Notes under the pieces: generated by a model
Seen by the model: the letters and a program-made list of their open reading frames with translations, nothing else
Databases searched by the model: none
What the model was told of the DNA's origin: nothing
Source of the DNA: Schizochytrium sp. TIO01
Lineage: Eukaryota; Protista; Bigyra: Labyrinthulomycetes
DNA: 64,000 nucleotides
NCBI GenBank assembly: GCA_004764695.1
Contig: SMSO01000034.1
Span: 1,178,001 to 1,242,000 of the forward strand
Reading direction: 5' to 3'
Program-made: the position numbers and the translations under genes
In this document: in pieces, positions 11,911 to 20,223 of the stretch
Position numbering within the stretch: the first letter of the stretch is position 1
Layout: every line of letters starts with the position of its first letter

Positions 11911-12381
11911 ATGGTTTGCATCGAGAGCGAGGGCGAGTCCGGAGGCTGGACACCCTCGCGAACGTGGACCTCAGTGAGAACGCAGGCTTCGCGTGGGAAA
12001 CTTGAAACTTCGACCGCGGCCTCCCGATTCTTGAACTCGCAGGCGCTCCAGGGCGTTGCACAAATGGCACATGCGTACAGACGCGTGCAAAAGCTCGTAG
12101 CGCATCTCTCTGCAATCCCATTTAATGCAACACATATGCAGAACATGCCTCGATTGGCGCTTGTACCTAAGCCTGGAACTTGGGAATATGAGCAATGGCT
12201 TTCGACCCTGCGTTCGTTTCCAAATAACACTGCAGGAGGTCGTCTTTTAGCAGAGTGGATTCGATTTTTTCAGGCATCAGGGCCGAGTGTAAATCGTGCG
12301 TTGAGGAGATTCTTAGTCATTTCTGCGCACCTGACGGCTCCGGCTTACCCTCATACTTTGCAGATAATAGAGGTCAACTGA
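11911..12381 (+). CDS. Hypothetical 156-aa ORF, possibly a pseudogene fragment
   Basis: ATG in GCCATGG context and coding-like GC content, but no recognised domain. Confidence 0.25.
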   Translation: MVCIESEGESGGWTPSRTWTSVRTQASRGKLETSTAASRFLNSQALQGVAQMAHAYRRVQKLVAHLSAIPFNATHMQNMPRLALVPKPGTWEYEQWLSTLRSFPNNTAGGRLLAEWIRFFQASGPSVNRALRRFLVISAHLTAPAYPHTLQIIEVN

Positions 12382-12875
12382 CGCAATCTATGCCTTTTCG
12401 AGAAGTTTACTTTAGAATCTGTGCTTGCCCAAATAGTTTTCCCAACGTGTATGTACCATAATACTTTCAAAGTTGCTTCGACACAGAAACTTGCTCTACA
12501 CTAGCTGATAGTACACAGGATTAAGAAATAAAGGACAAACCAAACCCAAAGCAACAAAAATGACCATCATAATACACTCACCTACTGACCTATAATCTTT
12601 GGGACTTCATGTCCACATGGACACAATATGCACTGCATTAACCTTTGTTATCTCATTGTGCAAATCAGTAGTTGCTTTCTCTCTTTCCAGTCTAGGTCAT
12701 GCCCTCTTCAGTTATGCAATGCTGTAACAAATCAATTCTAACATAACATCCCACGACTATGCAAAGTTTTTGAGGAAATTCCCCTTCATAAAGTATTTCA
12801 ATAATTTGATTTCTTTTATTCCTTACATGAATATGAATTTGCCCTTTTACGCTCAAAGTGTATAAGCTTTTTTTT

Positions 12876-13622
12876 TCAAGAATTGTAATTGTCTTCGATT
12901 AGATCTGGACAATGTTGCTTGACATATCTCCAAAGCTCGCTATACCCCATGAAAAGAGTTTGCCCATGTATACCACTACTTTTTTTAACACCTGGCTTAA
13001 GAAAACAGTAAGTAACGTTATGATTGCCACTAGCGTGAGTCCACCCTTCCTTTCGCAGAGTCAATCAAGCCAAACTAGCGCGATACCCATCGCTATCTTC
13101 AGTTGACTGAATAGGGCTTCTTCGAGTCAAGCGCAATGGGGTCACACCACCTCTTTCATCTGCATTAACATTTTATATCGTGAATGTTTCGTTTTTGTTG
13201 CCTGTGTATCATGTTTCGGCGAATTTGAAGCAAAGCACGTGTTCTCTGTCTCAGTAAGTGTAGGGTGGGGTTGGGTTCTTTCGGAGCTCTCCGTGGAGTC
13301 AGGAGTCGAAGGTATCCAAAAGCATTTTCAGAACCTCCATTTGACTTCCGGTTTTTAGAATTCTTTTGGCGGAGGATTTTTTCCGCAGCAGGAAACTCTT
13401 TGTAAAACTTTTAAGAAGAGATGGCCTCTGCAGGACATTTTCTAAAAGACTTTTGCGGGTCTCCCAAGTCTTGCCGCTCTCCGGGTCCTTGTAGAATATG
13501 CCACTTGTAGACTTTGTAGTGGTGCAGATGGCCCAGCCAAGCTTCTCTAGAAATGTCCAAAGATTGTCCAAGACATTGGGTAGTTCATCAACCTCAGTCA
13601 GATTGACTGGTGGGTTGCTCAT
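12876..13622 (-). pseudogene. Degraded gene with two copies of a W-x2-L-x3-GW motif domain (uncharacterised, possibly transposon-associated)
   Basis: LWTFLEKLGWAICTT..IFYKDP and A*LTLRKEGWTHASG..TYCFLKPG..G.TLFMG..ELWRYV. In the second copy TGA (13067-13065) sits where W is expected, and further stops or frameshifts lie between the copies. Confidence 0.45.
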
Positions 13623-14643
13623 TCTTTGGTTTTTGCAATGACGCAAACCAAATTGCTCGCCCCAGCTACAGATCAAAAAGATATGAAAGGTTTTGTAAGA
13701 TAAGATGCGCCACGCCTAACGTAAGTGAAGGGCCGTCTTGGTGTTTGATGGTCCTAGGCCGGGCTCTTCTGTCCGAAAATGCAACCGTGCGTTGTCTCGC
13801 TCAAGTAGCGATTTTGCAAGTTAGACTTCGTCCTTCCAAGGTTGTGCCCGGAAACCGCAAGCGCTTGCTTCAGGCCCTGTCCTCAGCGAACTCGTTTGGA
13901 GTGCACCAAGGTTTGCTCACTGCCTTAGGTGTCTGGTTGCTCTATTGATGGTGGCCACATTACTTCTTCGCTTTTTGAGAGCGTAATCATAGGGTACCAT
14001 GGCTACACTCTCGCTCACCGCTGCAGAATCTGAATTTAGCAGCAAAGAGGTCTTTTCCTTGGGTTCATTTTCCCTACAGTTTCTTTGAATGCTGCTGACA
14101 AGTTTCTAACCCACCCTGCTGGCCAAGCGAGAACAAAATATATTGCTTTTTGCTCAATATGTGGTGGTTAGTAGATGAGCGTTCTCCATTGTTATACATT
14201 ATATATTTTAATTTTTAAAAATTATTTTAAAAGAAAAGAAAAGATGCAGCATGACGCGGCCGCCATCGCTAAGGCATACATACATACGCATGAATACCCA
14301 TCGTGCTTCACTTTGACTATGATGCAGCTTCTGCTTTCTGAAACCTCTTTCTTACTTATTGCGCATGCATATACTTTCTGCTTTTTGACTGCAAGGACCT
14401 AAGAAATGCCACCTGTATTTCGCCTTCTGTTGTTTGTCACGTTCTTTATTTTTCGTAATACTACCAACCTACTCGTTTATTAGAAGGGAACAGGGCTTAT
14501 ACTAAAGTGCTTGTGACTTTGAACGGAAGAAGACAGCTACAGGTGGAGAGATTGATAGATAACTCGAAGAGAAGGTTTGTGTTATCTATAGTTAAGGAAA
14601 AAGAAAAGACATTCGCAAGAATGATCTAGTACCTAGGTTATTC

Positions 14644-17379
14644 TTATTCATCATCATCATCGTCATCGCTAGAGTCAGAAGAAATATCAGAAAATTGAGG
14701 CTTGGAACCATCCGGTTCTTGTTCTTCATCGGAATCTGGAGGTTGCTCTTCAAGCGCGAACCAAGATGGTAGTGAGGCTCGCGAATATAAGTCAGTGACA
14801 ACATCAGAAGGCTGCACTCGGACGATGCGGAGAATACCCAGACCATCGGACTCAGAACCTTTATGAGGGGGGGTACTGGAAAGGCGGAGTTTCGGTTCCA
14901 TCTCATTCCGCGGCTTGCGCACCTTGGTGATTGCAGTCTCAGCAGCGCCACAAAGAACTAACTGTACTCCGCTCTCTTGAAACTTATCCACGAAACGATC
15001 GCGAACGCTGGCTGGCATGACGTGAGAAATATGAGACTCTTGCCCTGCAGCTTGATCTTCTTCGAAAAGCCACATGTGATGAGAGAAAATAATGACGTGA
15101 TGCGCACAAACCTTTCCTTCAAGTACCATATGTTCAAGCCACTTTGCTTGTTTCTCGGCCTCCTCGTCGCCACCTTCGTGGTCAAGCTTGGCCAGCTGGA
15201 AAGAATCAATTACAATCACAAGAACACCCTGAATGTACAGCGAATAATACATATCACCGAATGCTTCCTTATAATCAGCAGCAGGACGGCCGTCAGGGAC
15301 ACACGCAAGGGCAATATTCATATCTAGACGGCAGAGCGCAGGTTTAAGCACAGAAGCTTCGCCGAGGCTTCCTCCGCACACGACAAGACGAGGAGCGGGT
15401 TCAAGGCGGTTAATGCGCCGCATTGTCGCTTCGACTTGATCCGTATCAAGATCTGCTAAAGATCCGAGGTGAACAAGGAGAAATGAGTCCTTAAACTTGT
15501 TTTCCTCAGCCTCAGACATGCCAGCAAAACCATGCCCTGCAGCTCGTTGAAAGCGCGCAGCCTCCTCGCTCGGAAAGAAAAGCTTAAAGATGTGTTGATT
15601 CCGTAAAGCAAGACGTTGTGCAAGCATTCCCATCAATGTATTACGTACCTTTGTGTCTGTCTTGGGCTCTGCAAAGGTCCCTGGAGTCTTTGCCCAATCT
15701 GGCAAGGTTTTCGGCTTTGGAAATTCCGGCAAACGAACATTAGACCCTGGTCCTTTTAATGGAGGAGGTGGGCCTGTGAGGACCTGCACGACACCCTCTG
15801 CGCAAAGCTCAAACAATGTAGGAACGGGCTTCACTGGCTGTTGAAGGATAGCTGCAAAATCTACACCTTCAAACGCCGGATGTTGTTTAATGGATGCCAT
15901 GCAATCATTGGCACCAAGACGCTCGCTGGGTTCTTCGACAAAAATCTTGCTCAGGAGATCTTGAAGGTCTATAGAGAAATAGTTTGGCATTTCATAATTG
16001 AGCGCTTGGGTTTTCAAGAAAGTCAAGTATGGACTATTTCCCTTGAAGGGGATGCGACCACTATGCAGCTGGAAGAGTGTGGCTCCCAACGCCCACAAAT
16101 CCAGCGCAAAGGTGGGAGCTGCTTTGCCTGCTATGGCTTCAGGACTCATGTATTCAGGTGTGCCTACAAAATGAGGGCCATTCAGCTCCTTATCCTCTGT
16201 ATCGTAAGCAGTACCAAAGTCAATGAGTTTGAGACGCTCTACTCGGCCACCCGATTCTGGCTCGGAGAACAGCATCATGTTTTCGGGTTTAATGTCACGA
16301 TGGATGACACCTTGCGTCTGCAGATACTCGAGCGCATTTATGATTTGGGCACTGAAGAAAAGAGCCTCTGAGGGCCTCAAAGACACAAGCGCAGCGCGTC
16401 CATAGCGCAATCGGGCCCACAACTCACCAGCAGTTGCCAATTCGGTAACATAGTATAAGTTACGTACATCCTGCATTGTGAAAAACAATTTCACAACATT
16501 AGGGTGGCTAAGGCGAAGTAAAAGACGTTTCTCCATCACTAGCTCATTGTGTAGATTTGGGTGGCGGCGAGACATGCGCTTAGCCTTTTCCTTATCCACA
16601 GATTTGATCGCAAAGCGTTCTCCTGTTGCCTTAAAGGTAGCACTGTGCACCATGGAATAATTGCCCTCTCCAAGAAGCTCATCCACCTCAAACATAGACA
16701 AGGACAATTTTGTTGGGCAGCCCTTGATAGTGCTGTGTTTTTCCAGGTACGTATCAATTTTAGTTTGTGCAGACTGAAGTCCTGTTTGTTTCTCCAACAA
16801 CTCCACCTGCTTGCGGAGATACGCGTTTTCGGGATCAAGTTCAGCCGCCAGGCAGTAAGTGTCCCGGGCCTCCTCAAGCATGCCAAGCTCCACAAGAGCC
16901 TGAGCTTTTCGGTGGTGACCCTTGACCCAGCCTGGGCGAAGCGCAACGGTTTGCTCAGCATCTCGCAGTGCTTCGTCAAACCTAGCAAGTTTTGCCAAGG
17001 CCGCGGACCTGTTGCACAGTAACGTTGCAATGCTCTCTAGATTGGCTGCCACACTCCGAGCATCTTCACGAGCACCGGTTGTCATTGCAGCCTTCGCGAT
17101 GACTGCTGCTGCACTGGAATTTGTGTCTTCGGTATTATCTCCGACTACCATGCTTGTATCCACATTTATGTCCTTCTCGTCCACGCCTGCTAGATCCGAG
17201 TTCTTTCCAAGAGATCTCGACACATTCAAGGCATTCGCAAGCGCACTGTTGCTCCCTGAAAGCTCACAGCATTCAGAGAGCGCCTGTGAATAGTAGTCTA
17301 CAGCATGCTCGAAATTCCCAGCCTTGAAAGCGGCGTTGCCTTGCTCTCGAAGTAAGCCCACGCCGTCTGGGCTCGCCAT
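14644..17379 (-). CDS. TPR + PDK1-like AGC kinase + degenerate CPPED1-like metallophosphoesterase fusion protein
   Basis: TPRs (LREQGNAAFKAGNFEHAVDYYSQAL; CNRSAALAKLARFDEALRDAE; WVKGHHRKAQAL); kinase LGEGNYS, FAIK, HRDIKPEN, DFGTA, FVGTPEYMSPE, DLWALG, PFKGNSPYLTF; C-terminal RINRLEPAPRLVVCG, FGDMYYS..GVLVIVIDS, QAKWL, IIFSHH, R..FVDKF..SGVQLVLCG. Confidence 0.9.
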   Translation of the reverse strand: MASPDGVGLLREQGNAAFKAGNFEHAVDYYSQALSECCELSGSNSALANALNVSRSLGKNSDLAGVDEKDINVDTSMVVGDNTEDTNSSAAAVIAKAAMTTGAREDARSVAANLESIATLLCNRSAALAKLARFDEALRDAEQTVALRPGWVKGHHRKAQALVELGMLEEARDTYCLAAELDPENAYLRKQVELLEKQTGLQSAQTKIDTYLEKHSTIKGCPTKLSLSMFEVDELLGEGNYSMVHSATFKATGERFAIKSVDKEKAKRMSRRHPNLHNELVMEKRLLLRLSHPNVVKLFFTMQDVRNLYYVTELATAGELWARLRYGRAALVSLRPSEALFFSAQIINALEYLQTQGVIHRDIKPENMMLFSEPESGGRVERLKLIDFGTAYDTEDKELNGPHFVGTPEYMSPEAIAGKAAPTFALDLWALGATLFQLHSGRIPFKGNSPYLTFLKTQALNYEMPNYFSIDLQDLLSKIFVEEPSERLGANDCMASIKQHPAFEGVDFAAILQQPVKPVPTLFELCAEGVVQVLTGPPPPLKGPGSNVRLPEFPKPKTLPDWAKTPGTFAEPKTDTKVRNTLMGMLAQRLALRNQHIFKLFFPSEEAARFQRAAGHGFAGMSEAEENKFKDSFLLVHLGSLADLDTDQVEATMRRINRLEPAPRLVVCGGSLGEASVLKPALCRLDMNIALACVPDGRPAADYKEAFGDMYYSLYIQGVLVIVIDSFQLAKLDHEGGDEEAEKQAKWLEHMVLEGKVCAHHVIIFSHHMWLFEEDQAAGQESHISHVMPASVRDRFVDKFQESGVQLVLCGAAETAITKVRKPRNEMEPKLRLSSTPPHKGSESDGLGILRIVRVQPSDVVTDLYSRASLPSWFALEEQPPDSDEEQEPDGSKPQFSDISSDSSDDDDDDE

Positions 17380-17704
17380 GTCGATCTGTCCGAGTCGGAG
17401 CCGAAGGCGTTAGCGAAGCGGCAGCGGCAGCGACAGTGGGTAGGGTGACAACACACACCGAGAAGGGGAGGTGATGAAGGTAAAGGCTTCAATTCCCCGT
17501 TGGCAGCAAATACTAGCGGCCTTTGGAGATGAGGATTTACTCATACTAGTAGTACTCCTCCAAACTGTTCTTCAACGTTTTTTTGTTCTTATTTGCCTAT
17601 AAGTCCAGTAACTTAAGTTATCTAATGACTTAGAATTTAACCTATAAAATTTGCAAAACTTGCATTTCCTATAATGACTTGGGGGTAAAGTTTAAAGACA
17701 AATC

Positions 17705-18991
17705 TTAAATCATGTCCTTGAATAGGTAGCGTAAAAGGCTGCCTCTGGCGTCGTGGGTATCAAGACCTGCTGCGTGTTTGCGTTTTTGGGGGTATTGAAA
17801 ACCTCGGATGTTCTGAGCTTGATGTGGATGGTACCATATTCATTGCATGTTCTTGAAGTGTAACCCTCTCGGCAAATAACAAGTTTACACCAGAAAAAAA
17901 CTCGACTTTGTGAATGGGCGCTTGACGAAAACCAAAAGTGACCCTACGAAGCATCATTCGAACTGTCTTAATTTTGATTCATCTTGTTATTTTGTCGAGG
18001 TTTCGAATTTATACAAAAGGATGGCACGGTAATTCTCACAGAGCCAAAAAGCAAGCTTACGGCAAACCTCGGTGGTCTTGTTCTTGATCTTGAGAAGTGC
18101 GCGTGAATATGCTCGTCTCAAGGTAGCTTTGCCTTTTTTTCTTTTGAGCCACTCTACCTTGGATTTTGTCGGCGCAGCGACAGAGAAACAATATGGTCTT
18201 TGTATCCTCCCCAGTGCCCCACTCAATGGCTCGTCCATCAGCATCGCACATGGTTTGAAATGCGCGTGGCTCCAAGGCAATGGTAGTATGGTGTGCATTG
18301 GGTGAGACAGCGCTTAGATACCTAGGTATATAGTACCTATACACTCTCACTTGCTCGAGGGAGTAAGTTAACATATTTTAGCAACTTGTGGTAAAACTCA
18401 AGCAAAACAATCACTACAGAGAATGTAGGTCTGAAAGACATCTCGAAATGTATACCTGAGCAAAATTGCAAGAAGCTTACGGTGGAAATTGAATGACCTC
18501 CTACTCCGTTGGTAGAAAACGCATACCTTCGAGAATTTCTGTATCCTAGATCAAGTCTCTTTTTATCCTCTACAATTGGCAAATCGCTGTGTAGATTACC
18601 GGCTCACTGTGAAAGAGACAAAGTCTTTGCTAAAGAAAATAACTTTTTATGGCCATCAACTGTCCAGGTGTTTTTAACGTTGCGGTTGAGTACTACGACT
18701 GGTTTCTCCTACTCACCTGCATCGTTTCAAGGCATCCTGGTCATTGTACACTGATCTCTCCAACTTTTGTCCCCGAAATGCACACTACTTTGTGTAAAGG
18801 AAAGAGTCCTTTGCATAATAGAGATATTATTCATTTTGAATTCGTGTGAAAAGAAGCCCATTTTCTGTGTTTCGACGAGTGAGCGACGTATCTTGATTCG
18901 TGCATTTGAAGGCTATCTCTGAGCTTTATCTATATCTGCTGAGTTCCTAGGATTTTTATCAGGCAATTTTCTGCTTTTCATTGGGGCGTAG
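17705..18991 (-). mobile_element. Decayed Fanzor2 / IS607-TnpB-like RNA-guided nuclease gene (pseudogene, several frameshifts)
   Basis: Joining frames gives TIALEPRAFQTMCDADGRAIEWG (RuvC-I), LRRAYSRALLKIKNKTTEVCRKLAFWLCENYRAILLYKFETS (RuvC-II), KTVRMML..FGFRQ, EGYTSRTCNEYGTIHIKL..VFNTP (Zn ribbon) and GLDTHDARGSLLRYL..* (RuvC-III, TAA 17707-17705). The core 17705-18345 is well supported; the N-terminal remnant LRPNEKQKIA near 18991 is weaker. Confidence 0.8.
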
Positions 18992-19251
18992 GCATTTCAG
19001 GAGTTTCTGATAAGCAGTAACTATGCCCATAGTACCTACTAGCAGTAGCTAGTGCCGTTGTCGTTTTTATAAGAAGCTATTGAAAGAACGAGAGATGGCT
19101 TTCTTTTCTTTGGTTTCGACGTTTTCCAAAGTCACGGGCACACGCGAATTGACGCCATTACTTACTCGCTTGGCCTGCAGGAGGCTGTGACGAAGTCAGC
19201 GTTTGAGCTGCTGTATAGCTCTGTTGACCTACAAAGAGCGAAGTGCCAACG

Positions 19252-20223
19252 ATGAGCGTGGATTTAGGTGCGGGTCAGGACCCCCAAAAAAGAGAGGGTC
19301 CAGCGGGGACCACAGGTGTGGCGGAGGGGACGAAGAAAAGTTCAAGTGCAATGAAGGGAGGGAGGCCGCTTGTGCGAATTCTTGCACAAATTGCAGAGGA
19401 ACTTGAGCTAGAAATAATGAATATATCCAATGGGTGGATTACGATTCTCCAAACGCGAGATGGGTCCAAGAGATGCGTGGTCGCTGGAGCCGCATTTCCA
19501 ATAAACTCTCACTCAGCAGCCAACCTTGCGATGGACAAATGCTCAGCGAGCGCTGTCTTTGAATTCTTGAAAATTGCCCACGTCCCGCATAAGCTTGTCT
19601 TCGGCCCCACGGTTCAGTATTCGATGGCGACGAAGAGTCGCATGACGACGGGTACCTTAGGACCACTAATGAAGATGCTCGAGGACCACCCCGAAGGCCT
19701 TGTTCTCAAGCCAAAGGATAGCAGTAATGGAAGAGATGTCATGTTAGTGAAAACACCGTTGGAGCTTGAAGCAGGATGGCTTGAACTTCTCCAGGGGCGA
19801 TCGCGCGATTTCGCAATTTGCCCATTTTTCCACCTCGGGCGGGAATGGCGTCTCATAATGCTTGACCAAGAGCTTTATGTGTGCTACGCCAAAATTCGCA
19901 ATGGCACTGAATGGCGCCATAATGTATCGCTTGGTGCAACAACGACTACTGATGTAGATAAAAACCTCGTAGAATCAAAGTTGTTGCCACTTGCGAAATC
20001 TGCGATGTCGGCACTAGGACTTCGTTTTGCTTCTGTCGATATAGTGGAGTTGGACTTGGAGCGTTGTGCAGACACAGAGCGCCAGCACGCAAACGAACAC
20101 GGACTTTTAGTTATGGAGGTGAATAGTGCTGTGTTCACGGACGGATTTCTTAAACAGCATCCTGAGTTTTCCGCAACGTGTTATGACATGTATCGCAAGG
20201 TCGTACACTGTTCTCTGGCTTAA
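19252..20223 (+). CDS. RimK-like ATP-grasp ligase
   Basis: FPINS..AMDK, LVLKPKDSSNGRDV, REWRLIML, WRHNVSLGA, LGLRFASVDIV and VMEVNS ATP-grasp motifs. First ATG is at 19252. Confidence 0.88.
   Translation: MSVDLGAGQDPQKREGPAGTTGVAEGTKKSSSAMKGGRPLVRILAQIAEELELEIMNISNGWITILQTRDGSKRCVVAGAAFPINSHSAANLAMDKCSASAVFEFLKIAHVPHKLVFGPTVQYSMATKSRMTTGTLGPLMKMLEDHPEGLVLKPKDSSNGRDVMLVKTPLELEAGWLELLQGRSRDFAICPFFHLGREWRLIMLDQELYVCYAKIRNGTEWRHNVSLGATTTTDVDKNLVESKLLPLAKSAMSALGLRFASVDIVELDLERCADTERQHANEHGLLVMEVNSAVFTDGFLKQHPEFSATCYDMYRKVVHCSLA

Noticed and set aside
13065-13067. TGA at a Trp position suggesting an alternative genetic code
   Set aside because: Intact genes here end in TGA (10929, 29198, 45155) and use TGG for Trp; a nonsense mutation is simpler.
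17546-19042. Imperfect inverted repeats CTAGTAGTACT / AGTACCTACTAG flanking the Fanzor relic
   Set aside because: TACTAG/AGTAG-type words are common in this window's spacers, and the match is too short to call TIRs.
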